A DNA stretch of 64,000 nt from positions 15,409 to 79,408 of the forward strand of contig CABZRS010000002.1 in the NCBI GenBank assembly GCA_902528135.1. The letters are read 5' to 3'. Below, piece after piece: positions 47,933-57,427 of this stretch. The notes beneath the pieces are model-generated. The model did no database searches. It was given only the letters and a program-made list of their open reading frames with translations, and was not told the origin of the DNA. Numbering within the stretch: the first letter of the stretch is position 1; every line of letters starts with the position of its first letter. Source of the DNA: an uncultured Pelagibacteraceae bacterium (lineage in GTDB: Bacteria > Pseudomonadota > Alphaproteobacteria > Pelagibacterales > Pelagibacteraceae). A program made the translations under genes and the position numbers.

Positions 47933-48979
47933 ATGAGTAATCAAGCAAAAATAACTTGTACTAATGTTTGGAAATTATTTGGCCCAGACGAAAAAAGAAT
48001 TATTAAAGATTTAGATAAAAGTTTATCAATAAAAGAAGTCCAAGAAAAAACTGGACATGTTGTTGCAGTTAAAAATGTAAGCTTCTCAATTGAGAAAGGT
48101 GAAACTTTTGTTGTAATGGGTTTATCTGGAAGTGGAAAATCAACTTTAGTTAGATGTATTTCAAGATTAATTGAACCAACTTCTGGTACAGTTAAAATGG
48201 ATGATGTTGATGTGACGAAAATGAATGGTAGAGACCTTTTAGATTTAAGAAGAAATAAAATGAGTATGGTTTTTCAACACTTTGGATTATTCCCACATAG
48301 AACAGTTGTTGAAAATATTGGTTATGGTTTAGAGATTAGAGGTAACAAAAAAAATGATCGAATAGAAAAGTCGATGGACGTTTTAAAAATGGTAGGCTTA
48401 GAAGGTTGGCATAATAATTATCCAAGAGAACTTTCTGGTGGTATGCAACAAAGAGTTGGACTGGCAAGGGCACTTGCAGTTGATCCAGAAATCTTAATTT
48501 TTGATGAACCTTTTTCTGCACTTGACCCACTAATTAGAAGAGAAATGCAGGATGAATTGTTAAAAATTCAAGAAAAACTTCAAAAGACAATGGTTTTTAT
48601 TACGCACGATTTCTTAGAAGCCATAAAGATGGGAGATCATATTGCTATTATGAAGGATGGCGAGGTTTCACAAGTTGGTACTCCAGAGGAAATTGTTGCA
48701 AATCCTAAAGATCAATATGTAAAAGATTTCTGTGAAGATGTTCCAAAATATAAAGTCTTAAGTGCAAGCAAGGTAATGAGAGAAGAATGTTGTGATGATA
48801 CAAAAAAATTGTTTGAAGATGGATCTAATAATATTCCACATGACTCAAAAATTGAGACATTGATTGATAAACTAGTTGATACAGATCAGAAATTTCCAGT
48901 TGTAGATACAGATACAGGAAAATTGATTGGTGAAATTGATAGAGCAATAGTTATGAAGTCAATGAAGTCTGCTAATTAA
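47933..48979 (+). CDS. Glycine betaine/proline-type ABC ATP-binding protein (second paralogue)
   Basis: [40 protein letters not shown]. Confidence 0.9.
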   Translation: MSNQAKITCTNVWKLFGPDEKRIIKDLDKSLSIKEVQEKTGHVVAVKNVSFSIEKGETFVVMGLSGSGKSTLVRCISRLIEPTSGTVKMDDVDVTKMNGRDLLDLRRNKMSMVFQHFGLFPHRTVVENIGYGLEIRGNKKNDRIEKSMDVLKMVGLEGWHNNYPRELSGGMQQRVGLARALAVDPEILIFDEPFSALDPLIRREMQDELLKIQEKLQKTMVFITHDFLEAIKMGDHIAIMKDGEVSQVGTPEEIVANPKDQYVKDFCEDVPKYKVLSASKVMREECCDDTKKLFEDGSNNIPHDSKIETLIDKLVDTDQKFPVVDTDTGKLIGEIDRAIVMKSMKSAN

Positions 48980-49904
48980 TCTCTCTACTTACCTTAGTAC
49001 TTTTTTGTTTAACCTTATCTCTCCAAATAATTATCATTCCTGCAAATACAATTACAAAAACTCCAGGATATAATTGTTCCCAAGGTGCCTCGTTAAAAAA
49101 CCACCAACCTAAAACAAAAGATGATGGGATACCAAAATATTCAAAAGATGCCATCTTGCTTGCAGAAATTAGTCTATAAGCATAAATGAAAAGTATTGCA
49201 GCGGTCCCACCTAGTATTCCAGTCAAAACCATTAACAGAAAGTCTTGAGAACTTTTAATATCTGTATGTCCAGTAGTTATTAAAAATAATATTACTCCAC
49301 CAATTACATTAAAGATTAAAGTATAAAGCTGTATTTTTGCTGTTGAGTGTCCATCTGGTATAAATTTTAAAATTATAACTGAAAAAGCCCAAGCAATTGC
49401 AGTTAATACAGGAAATATTGAATAAAAACTAAATATATCGCTTCCTGGCTGAACAATTAATACAACCCCAAAAAATCCAATAAATATTGCTGACCATCGA
49501 TAAATACCCACTTTATCATTCAAAAAAATTATTGATAAAATTACTATGAAAAATGGTGACGAAAATGTAAGAACCATTGCAGTTGCAAACTCAAGATTAA
49601 TTACTGAAATAAATATGAAGATATTCATAGACAAGAAAGCAAGTCCTCTTAAAAAGCTTAAAATTATAAATTTGTTATTTAAATTTTTGAAAATTGAGAA
49701 ATACTCTTTTGTAAATAGAATTAGAACAAAAAGAGGAATAACACCTGCAATATTTCTAAAAACAGCAAGCTGAATTACCGAATACTCATCTCCTAAAAAC
49801 TTAATTACAACCATATACATGTCTACGCATAGAATTGCTAAGAGCATTGTAATTATTGCTAAATAAGTATTTTTTAAATCTGTTTTTTCGGACGAAATAT
49901 TCAT
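48972..49904 (-). CDS. DMT/EamA family transporter
   Basis: DKVGIYRWSAIFIGFFGVVLIVQPG, ASFEY. Confidence 0.87.
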   Translation of the reverse strand: MNISSEKTDLKNTYLAIITMLLAILCVDMYMVVIKFLGDEYSVIQLAVFRNIAGVIPLFVLILFTKEYFSIFKNLNNKFIILSFLRGLAFLSMNIFIFISVINLEFATAMVLTFSSPFFIVILSIIFLNDKVGIYRWSAIFIGFFGVVLIVQPGSDIFSFYSIFPVLTAIAWAFSVIILKFIPDGHSTAKIQLYTLIFNVIGGVILFLITTGHTDIKSSQDFLLMVLTGILGGTAAILFIYAYRLISASKMASFEYFGIPSSFVLGWWFFNEAPWEQLYPGVFVIVFAGMIIIWRDKVKQKSTKVSREIN

Positions 49905-49940
49905 TTATAATTTTTTAAAATTGTATACTTTATCTAGGAT

Positions 49941-51131
49941 ATGCAAAGTTTTAAACTCAATGAAACTGATATTCTATCCAATCAAGACTGGACATTTCCT
50001 ACTAACATTGCTTATGGCCCTGGCAGATTAAAAGAAATAGGAAGTATCTGTAATAATTTAGATATTAAAAATCCATTAATAGTAACAGATAAAGGAAGTC
50101 CAAAATTACCATTTATTACAAATTTACAAAGCTATCTTAATAGCTCAAATATAAAATCAGATTTATTTTTTGATATATCTCCAAATCCTCGAGAAGATGA
50201 AGTTTCAAATGGTGTTAGTAAATTTAAAGATGGTAACCATGACGCTATAATTGCAATTGGCGGAGGTAGTGCAATGGATGGCGGTAAATTGATATGCCTT
50301 ACAGCAAATAATGATGTACCACTTAGAAATTTTGAATTTGAATTAACTCCTCCTATAATTAGTAAAGATAATCCTTTTCCAAAAATCATAACCATTCCAA
50401 CAACTGCTGGAACTGGAGCTGAAACAGAAATTTCAGCTATGGTTACTTATTTAAAAGAAGGCATGAAATTTTGTATGTGGCATCCAGATGTTAGACCTTC
50501 CTTAGCATTGTTAGATCCAGAACTTACAATTGGATTGCCAGCAAATCTAACCGCGTGGACTGGTGCAGATGCTTTAATCCATGGTATAGAGGGTTATTGT
50601 GTTCCTGGTTTCAATCCAATGTGTGATGGTGCAGCGTTAGAAGGTTTATCTTTGATATCAAAATCTTTAGTCACAGCTGTAGAAGATCCTAGCAATATAG
50701 TTGCAAGAGGTGGAATGCATGTTGGATCTTGTTTAGCAGGAATTTCTTTTTTAAAAGGTTTAGGATTAGTACATGCTATTGCTCATATGGTTGGAGCCGA
50801 ATACAATACTCATCACGGATTAACGAATGCAATAATATTACCTGTAGTTTTAAAATATAATCTACCAGGTATGGAAGAAAAAGTTAAAAGAATGTCAGAG
50901 GCTATGCAATTTAAAGATCATTCTGTAGATGCATTTATATCAAACATTGAAAACATTCTTGATAGAATTAAAATTCCAAAAAGTTTAAGCGAAATTGGTG
51001 TACCTGAAGATTGTGTTGATAGAATAGCTGAAAAATCAATGAAAGATCAAGCCTTTGGACAAAATCCTAGAAAAGCAACTTTAGAAGAAATAAAGGAAAT
51101 TACTCTAGCATCTATAAAAAAAGCTCGGTAA
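49941..51131 (+). CDS. Iron-containing alcohol dehydrogenase
   Basis: GGGSAMD, PTTAGTGAE, DALIHGIE, GLVHAIAH, HHGLTNA. Confidence 0.92.
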   Translation: MQSFKLNETDILSNQDWTFPTNIAYGPGRLKEIGSICNNLDIKNPLIVTDKGSPKLPFITNLQSYLNSSNIKSDLFFDISPNPREDEVSNGVSKFKDGNHDAIIAIGGGSAMDGGKLICLTANNDVPLRNFEFELTPPIISKDNPFPKIITIPTTAGTGAETEISAMVTYLKEGMKFCMWHPDVRPSLALLDPELTIGLPANLTAWTGADALIHGIEGYCVPGFNPMCDGAALEGLSLISKSLVTAVEDPSNIVARGGMHVGSCLAGISFLKGLGLVHAIAHMVGAEYNTHHGLTNAIILPVVLKYNLPGMEEKVKRMSEAMQFKDHSVDAFISNIENILDRIKIPKSLSEIGVPEDCVDRIAEKSMKDQAFGQNPRKATLEEIKEITLASIKKAR

Positions 51132-51143
51132 TAGTAAATTCTA

Positions 51144-52562
51144 ATGCTTGAAAATAGATCAATTAAAGAAATTATCTCTTTAATTAATAAAAAAGAAATT
51201 TCAGTAAGAGAGGTTGTTAACTTTTACTTAGAAAGAATTAAAAAATATAACCCTTCTCTGAACGCCATTGTCTCAATTAAAGATGAAGAACAAATACTGA
51301 ATGAGGCTAATGATAAAGATAAACACTTTGATAAAAGTAAACCATTGTTTGGTCTCCCTTTGGCATCAAAAGATTTATTAGATGTAGTGGACTTTCCAAC
51401 TACTTATGGTTTTCCAGGATATAAAGATTATTTTCCAAAAAAAAATTCTATTATTGTTGATCGTCAATTAGATGCTGGTGGCATCATGATAGGTAAAACT
51501 AATACTGCAGAACTAGGTGTAGGTGCACATACAGCAAATAGATTATTTGGAATTACACCAAATATTTATGGCGATACTCAATCATCAGGAGGATCGAGTG
51601 GTGGAGCTGGTGTGGCTGTTGCGGCCGAGTTACTACCATTTGCAGATGGAACAGATATGATGGGTTCTTGCAGAACTCCTGCAGCCTATGCAAATGTTTA
51701 TGGTTTTAGACCAACACCAGGACTTCTGCCTGACTATCGGACAAATGCTAAGAAAAAGAATCTCCCAATTATCTCAACTCCGGGATGTCTTGCAAGAACA
51801 CCAGATGATATGGCAATTCTTTTAGATGTAATAGCTGGAGAACATAAAGAGGATCCAATTTCTTTTAGTTTAAAAAATCCATTTAAAGATACTAATATAA
51901 GTGATCAAGAATTCTCTAAAATAAAGATAGGATGGTTGTCTGACATGAATGGTAATTATCAATATGATCCTGAGTTAGTTGAAATGTGTAACAATCAATT
52001 AAGTAGTCTTGAAAAAAATAAAGTTATAATTGAATTCTTAAAACCAAATATAGATGCTCATAAGTTATGGAATTGCTGGGGCACGTTAAGAGCTAAAAGT
52101 ATATACGAAGATATTATTACAATGAACATCGAGGAAATTAATCAAATCACACCACAGGCAATATGGGAATACAACAAAGGTATTAAGCTCACAGAGGAAG
52201 ATGTAAAATTAGCTCTTAATTCAAGAATTGAATTATCTAATGATGTAAATAATTTATTTAGTGGTTTTGATTTTTTAGCTTTACCATCTCAACAGTCATT
52301 CCCTTTTGATAAAAACTTAAGACACCCTGAAAAAATTAATGATCAAATGATGGATACTTATCATAGATGGATTGAAATCCATATATTTGCTAGTCTTTTT
52401 TACTTACCATCAATTTCACTACCAATTGGTTTTAATAAAGATGGATTTCCAATTGGCATACAAATTATTGCAAAAACAAAAGAAGATTTAAAAGTGATCT
52501 CTTTTGCAAAAAAATATGAGGAAATTTTTAATTTTTCAAATCATAAACCAAATCTAAATTAA
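51144..52562 (+). CDS. Amidase signature family protein
   Basis: KD, GKTN, SSGGSSGG, GTDMMGSCR.PA. Confidence 0.9.
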   Translation: MLENRSIKEIISLINKKEISVREVVNFYLERIKKYNPSLNAIVSIKDEEQILNEANDKDKHFDKSKPLFGLPLASKDLLDVVDFPTTYGFPGYKDYFPKKNSIIVDRQLDAGGIMIGKTNTAELGVGAHTANRLFGITPNIYGDTQSSGGSSGGAGVAVAAELLPFADGTDMMGSCRTPAAYANVYGFRPTPGLLPDYRTNAKKKNLPIISTPGCLARTPDDMAILLDVIAGEHKEDPISFSLKNPFKDTNISDQEFSKIKIGWLSDMNGNYQYDPELVEMCNNQLSSLEKNKVIIEFLKPNIDAHKLWNCWGTLRAKSIYEDIITMNIEEINQITPQAIWEYNKGIKLTEEDVKLALNSRIELSNDVNNLFSGFDFLALPSQQSFPFDKNLRHPEKINDQMMDTYHRWIEIHIFASLFYLPSISLPIGFNKDGFPIGIQIIAKTKEDLKVISFAKKYEEIFNFSNHKPNLN

Positions 52563-53455
52563 TGGTCAGACACAAACATCACTTTAAAATAGCTTTTGCA
52601 TTAGCCATAGCTGCTGGATCATGGGGAGTTTATTGGCTTCCTCAAAGAATTTTAGAGGATGGTGGTCTTACTGGAGGTTGGGGAACTATTTCTCAAATGA
52701 TGATTGGTATTATATTGCTTACACCTTTCTCTTTATGGAGAAAATTTAAAGGTCGAACATCAGGACTAGAAATTCCCTTTGTTGGTTTTTTAACTGGTAG
52801 TGGTTTTATATGTTACGCTTTAAGTTTTTTATTAACAGATGTTGTTCGAGCATTGATCATGTTTTACATGATACCTATCTGGACAACCATATTTGAAATA
52901 TATTTTTTAAAGAAAAGACCTGGTTTAGAAAGGGTTTTAACGCTAAGTTTAGCACTTGGAGGTTTGTGGGTTGTTTTCAGTCAATCTAATATTATACCAT
53001 TACCACAAAATGCAGGAGATTTGTTGGCGCTGGTCGGAGGTGTACTTTTTGGAGCTGGCCTAGTACGTTTAGAAATTACAAAAACAGATGGAGTTTTTCC
53101 GGTAATATTTTCATTTTTTGTTTATGGAACAATATTTAATATTTTTGCTGGCTTTATTTTAAAAGATTATTTAGGGCCTATGCCACCTATTGAGGCTTTC
53201 ACATCAATGTTTACTTTTTTAGTTCTTATTTCAGTATTTTATTTTATTCCAACAGGGGTAGTTATCATGTGGTCACCCTCAGTATTGGGAGCAGGTCTTT
53301 GTGCTATATTATATTTAAGCGAAGTAGTTGTTGGAGTTATTTCTGCTGGTATTTTGACAGACGAAACATTTGGTTGGCGAGAAGTTGTTGGAAGTACAAT
53401 GATTGTATTAGGAGGAGTATTAGCCGTAGTGCTTGCACCAAAAGATGAAAAATAA
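52562..53455 (+). CDS. DMT/EamA family transporter
   Basis: WGVYWLP.R, FY..PIWTT, about 10 TM segments. Confidence 0.82.
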   Translation: MVRHKHHFKIAFALAIAAGSWGVYWLPQRILEDGGLTGGWGTISQMMIGIILLTPFSLWRKFKGRTSGLEIPFVGFLTGSGFICYALSFLLTDVVRALIMFYMIPIWTTIFEIYFLKKRPGLERVLTLSLALGGLWVVFSQSNIIPLPQNAGDLLALVGGVLFGAGLVRLEITKTDGVFPVIFSFFVYGTIFNIFAGFILKDYLGPMPPIEAFTSMFTFLVLISVFYFIPTGVVIMWSPSVLGAGLCAILYLSEVVVGVISAGILTDETFGWREVVGSTMIVLGGVLAVVLAPKDEK

Positions 53456-54445
53456 ATGCTTTTTAAAGAAAAGTTAAAATCAAATTCAAAAATATTCTTA
53501 GACGGTGGAAACGGTTCTGAAATTGCAAAATTAGGAGGTGAAATGTCTCCTGCTTTTTCTGCCTTAGCCTCAATATCATCTCCAGAAATAGTAATTAAGG
53601 TTCATGAAAAGTTTATTGATGCAGGTTGTGATTTAATTACTGCAAATACTTTTAGTTCAACCAGACATAATCTTGAAAGTATAAATCGTGGAGCTGAAGT
53701 TAAAGAATTTATTATTCAATCATTAAAATTATCCAGACAAGCAATTAAAAATAAAGGTAAAGAAAGTAAAATTGGGGTTGCTGGAAGTTTATCAAATTTT
53801 TTTTCATTGAAGGAAAATGAATTTGTGCCAAATCCTAAGTACATACCTTCTTTTAAACAGGAGGAACAAAATTATAGAGAAGCTGCAAAAATTCTGAAAG
53901 AGGAAGGGGCAGATATTTTAATTTTAGAAATGTTACTTGATATTGATCATTCAAAAATTCTATTGAATGCTGCTTTAGAAACTGACTTACCAGTTTGGGT
54001 TGGATTAAGTTCTTGTATAAGCAAATTTGATAATAGTGTTATTGGCAGAAATTTTAGCGCGGAAAAAGAAACTTCATTAATTTACGATGAAACCAAATAT
54101 AAAGAGCAACCAAAATTTATTCCTGATGATAAAATTGTACTGTTAAATGACATTGTAAAATCCCTTACAAATATGGGAGGAGATGTTTATGGTATCATGC
54201 ATACCTGGTTCGTAGATGCTTTTGAAGGATTGAGTGTAATTAAAAATAATTGGAATGGTCCGATGATGTTCTATCCTGAGATACATAAGTTTGACACAAA
54301 GTCCCATAAAGCTATTGTGACTTCTACAGAGGAAGAATTTGCTAATGAATGTGAAAAGTTAATTGATAACCAAATTCAAATTATTGGCGGATGCTGTGGA
54401 GTTACAGACAAACATCTAAAAAAACTAATAAAGAGATATTCTTAA
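53456..54445 (+). CDS. Homocysteine S-methyltransferase family protein
   Basis: LDGGNGSE, H..FIDAG.D.ITANTF, IIGGCCG. Confidence 0.85.
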   Translation: MLFKEKLKSNSKIFLDGGNGSEIAKLGGEMSPAFSALASISSPEIVIKVHEKFIDAGCDLITANTFSSTRHNLESINRGAEVKEFIIQSLKLSRQAIKNKGKESKIGVAGSLSNFFSLKENEFVPNPKYIPSFKQEEQNYREAAKILKEEGADILILEMLLDIDHSKILLNAALETDLPVWVGLSSCISKFDNSVIGRNFSAEKETSLIYDETKYKEQPKFIPDDKIVLLNDIVKSLTNMGGDVYGIMHTWFVDAFEGLSVIKNNWNGPMMFYPEIHKFDTKSHKAIVTSTEEEFANECEKLIDNQIQIIGGCCGVTDKHLKKLIKRYS

Positions 54446-54446
54446 T

Positions 54447-55610
54447 TTAATATTTTTTATTAACTAAATCTATCAGCATGTTTATCATATCAGTTTTATA
54501 ACTTTCTTTTGTTGCTGATTTTGTTTCAAGAACAGAAAAAAAAGCGGCTACATTCCCAGTTTTAAAATTAGTTGCAAGAAACTGACCACCATACCCTGAG
54601 TGCCCAATCATGTTGCCTGAAACCATTGTAGAATTTGAATAATATAAATATTTGTTTTTTGATAAATTCATATATTTAGGTCCTAAATTAACAATTGTTT
54701 TGTCTAAAAATGATGAAGATCCAACTTTTCTATTCCCAACACCCATTCCTTTTCTTGCGAAAAGTAATCCCATTCGTAAAAAGTCTCTTGTAATTAAGCA
54801 ACCACCTCCAGACATCCAAGGCATACCATATCTATCTGATGCAATATATAACCCTTCTTCAAATCCTGCAGCTTCAACTGCAGATAAAACCCAATCTCTT
54901 AAAGTTCTTCCACTAACTTTTTCAATTAGTAATCCAACCACATCAGTATTTGCAGATTTATAAAAAGCATATTCAGAATTATTAATTAAACTTTTATTTT
55001 TAGATTTTTTAATTGTATTTAAATATTCTTCCTGGCTAAGATGATTTTTAAGATTTTTAGGCAGCCTCCATCCTCCAACAGGTTCATGCATAAATGAAGA
55101 TGAATATGCCTTGGTATAATCTTCAGTATAAGTGTTTATAACATTCATGTTTAAGACATCTTGGATCTTTGCATTTGCATACCCGCTTCCGATTTTTGGC
55201 AAATAGTGAGAAACTTTTTTATTAAGATCTATCAATCTGTTCGTAACCAATTCTCCAATAAATAAATTAACGAACATTTTTGTAATGGACATAATTGTTT
55301 GAGGCTGATTTTTATTAAAATCTTTAGCATATTTTTCAAATAATATATTTTGACAGTTGCCTACAATTAATGAACAAAATGATTTATTTTTAGTCATCTT
55401 CCTTACTAAATGAAACTTAGCGATAGTTTTATTTGGTTTAGAGTTTAATTTTAATATTAAATCAGATCTTAAAAAAATGCTGTATCTATTGATTTTATGT
55501 AAATTTTTATAACCAAACCTTCTTGTTTTAGGAAGGTTCCATGAAGCTTTATTATCTTTAAGTGTGGTTAATTCTGGGTTTCTAACAGAGACTAATGTTT
55601 TTTTCTTCAA
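54447..55610 (-). CDS. Beta-lactamase-fold serine hydrolase (NylB-like)
   Basis: SxxK motif MSITK, Y.SANTDV, GG...T.RDF.RMG, G.GGQ; TTG start; no signal peptide. Confidence 0.78.
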   Translation of the reverse strand: MKKKTLVSVRNPELTTLKDNKASWNLPKTRRFGYKNLHKINRYSIFLRSDLILKLNSKPNKTIAKFHLVRKMTKNKSFCSLIVGNCQNILFEKYAKDFNKNQPQTIMSITKMFVNLFIGELVTNRLIDLNKKVSHYLPKIGSGYANAKIQDVLNMNVINTYTEDYTKAYSSSFMHEPVGGWRLPKNLKNHLSQEEYLNTIKKSKNKSLINNSEYAFYKSANTDVVGLLIEKVSGRTLRDWVLSAVEAAGFEEGLYIASDRYGMPWMSGGGCLITRDFLRMGLLFARKGMGVGNRKVGSSSFLDKTIVNLGPKYMNLSKNKYLYYSNSTMVSGNMIGHSGYGGQFLATNFKTGNVAAFFSVLETKSATKESYKTDMINMLIDLVNKKY

Positions 55611-56059
55611 TATTTTAATGATTTTTTTTGTTCGTATTTTTGATGATAAGCTTCTGCTTTGCAGTAATTTTTTTCTTTTGATACCTTAGTTGAAACTTTT
55701 CCATCTAATTTACTGTTAACTTCGTTTAGAACTTTTTCTGCAATCTGTCTTTCTTCATCTGTTTTATAAAATATTTCTGAACGGTATTGAATTCCCACAT
55801 ATGTACCCTGTCGATTTACTTGAGTTGAGTCGTGTAATTCAAAAAATAAATTGACCATGTCCTCGTATGACTTTTCTTTTTCGTCATACTCAACTTTGAC
55901 CACTTCTATATGTCCTGTATCTCCACCACAAACTGCTTTGTATGTAACGTTTGGCTCATCTCCACCACAGTAACCGCATTCTGTAGATATTATACCTTTG
56001 ATGCCTTCATACTTTTTTTCGTCCCAAAAACAGCCAATACCACCAATAAATGTTCTCAT
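55607..56059 (-). CDS. msrA: Peptide-methionine (S)-S-oxide reductase (minimal)
   Basis: GCFW, GY.GG, Y..VC.G.TGH.E, RQG..VG.QYRS, AE.YHQKY; true start probably ATG 56059. Confidence 0.88.
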   Translation of the reverse strand: MRTFIGGIGCFWDEKKYEGIKGIISTECGYCGGDEPNVTYKAVCGGDTGHIEVVKVEYDEKEKSYEDMVNLFFELHDSTQVNRQGTYVGIQYRSEIFYKTDEERQIAEKVLNEVNSKLDGKVSTKVSKEKNYCKAEAYHQKYEQKKSLKY

Positions 56060-56076
56060 AATATTTAATATATACT

Positions 56077-56991
56077 TTAGTTTTTTAAAATTGAAATTGC
56101 TTTTATTTCCTCTACTCCGATCCCACAACATCCACCAATAATCTGAGCTCCATTTTTTATCCATGACCTAACTTCATTTAAATATCCGGCCGGCGTCATG
56201 TCATCTACAAATCGCCAGTGTGGTTTTTCATAATAACCTTTATTTGGATATGCTCCAACTATTCCATCATAATTCTTCTTTGCAGTTTCAATTGCTTTTC
56301 CTGTAATATTTATATCTGAATGAGCAACCAATATTGGACCACTGTGTAATTTTTTAAAATTATTTATGGATGTCTCAAAGTTTTCATAGACATGCGTATC
56401 AGAGTCAATTGTATCATTATATCCAAGCATTATATTTTTTTGATCATCCATTACGCATGACACAGATAACCAAACAGGTATATTTACTTTTGTGGAACAA
56501 TTTAACATTGCTTCAACTATGTCAGCTTGTGAAGACATAGCTTCTAAAATAATTAAGTCTACGCCAGCGTCAGATAAAATTTTTAGTTGTTCATGAAAAC
56601 CAGGTATCATTGCTTTGATACCAAGTTTATAAAAGTTTCCAAAAGTTGATACACTTCCAGCTAATGCAGTTTTGTTGTTAGTATTTTTTATTGCTTCTCT
56701 TGCAACCTTAACACTTTTTTGATTGAATTTTTCTATAGAATCTTCATAACCATATTGTCTCAATGATATAGGAGTAGTACTATAAGTATTAGTTGTAATT
56801 ACATCGGCTCCAGCATTTATATAATCCTCATGCACTTTTCTAACTAATTCAGGATGATCAACAGAACACTTCCCACACCACATTTGCTTATCCATCTCGG
56901 CACCATTTTTTTCTAGTTCTGCACCCATACCTCCATCTAAAATAATGATTTTATTGTTTTCTAATTTTGTCTTGATTGGTTCGTATGACAT
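56077..56991 (-). CDS. Homocysteine S-methyltransferase family protein
   Basis: LDGGMGAEL, HEDYINAGADVITTNTY, GAYPN, IIGGCCG. Confidence 0.87.
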   Translation of the reverse strand: MSYEPIKTKLENNKIIILDGGMGAELEKNGAEMDKQMWCGKCSVDHPELVRKVHEDYINAGADVITTNTYSTTPISLRQYGYEDSIEKFNQKSVKVAREAIKNTNNKTALAGSVSTFGNFYKLGIKAMIPGFHEQLKILSDAGVDLIILEAMSSQADIVEAMLNCSTKVNIPVWLSVSCVMDDQKNIMLGYNDTIDSDTHVYENFETSINNFKKLHSGPILVAHSDINITGKAIETAKKNYDGIVGAYPNKGYYEKPHWRFVDDMTPAGYLNEVRSWIKNGAQIIGGCCGIGVEEIKAISILKN

Positions 56992-56996
56992 AAATT

Positions 56997-57383
56997 TTAT
57001 TCTTTACTATTTGTAAATGCACAAATTTTATTTCCATCTAAATCACGAAGATAAGAATAATAAACTCCTGAGCCTTCTGGTCTTTCACCGCCAGACCCCT
57101 CACTAGTTCCACCAGCTTTTAAACCTATCTCATGAAATTTATCTACGTGAGATCTTGATGAAGTTAAAAATGTGATTTGTGTTCCATTTCCAAAGGTAGC
57201 ATCTTTTTTATTGAAAGGTTTAGTGACGTAAAACTCTATATCTTTGGTACCTTTTGCTCCATATGCAGCATAATCATCTTCTATTGTCTCGTTTCTATCT
57301 AAACCAATTACTTCTAAAACTTTGTCATAAAATGTAATAGCATCATTTAAATTATTAGTACCTACCATCACATAACCAATCAT
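56997..57383 (-). CDS. VOC/glyoxalase family protein
   Basis: YVMVGTN, FYD, GNGT, YY.YLRDLDGNKI. Confidence 0.87.
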   Translation of the reverse strand: MIGYVMVGTNNLNDAITFYDKVLEVIGLDRNETIEDDYAAYGAKGTKDIEFYVTKPFNKKDATFGNGTQITFLTSSRSHVDKFHEIGLKAGGTSEGSGGERPEGSGVYYSYLRDLDGNKICAFTNSKE

Positions 57384-57427
57384 ATAAAATCCTATTAACT
57401 AATTCTGATAATAATTTATTTAAGCTA

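Noticed and set aside
54447-55610. Beta-lactamase (antibiotic resistance) call
   Set aside because: No signal peptide; motifs fit the NylB/esterase branch of the fold
56060-56164. N-terminal extension of MsrA in the ORF track
   Set aside because: Overlaps the HMT 3' end; MsrA homology starts at ATG 56059. Similar over-extensions at 2809, 3761, 4614, 15701 and 29835 were also trimmed
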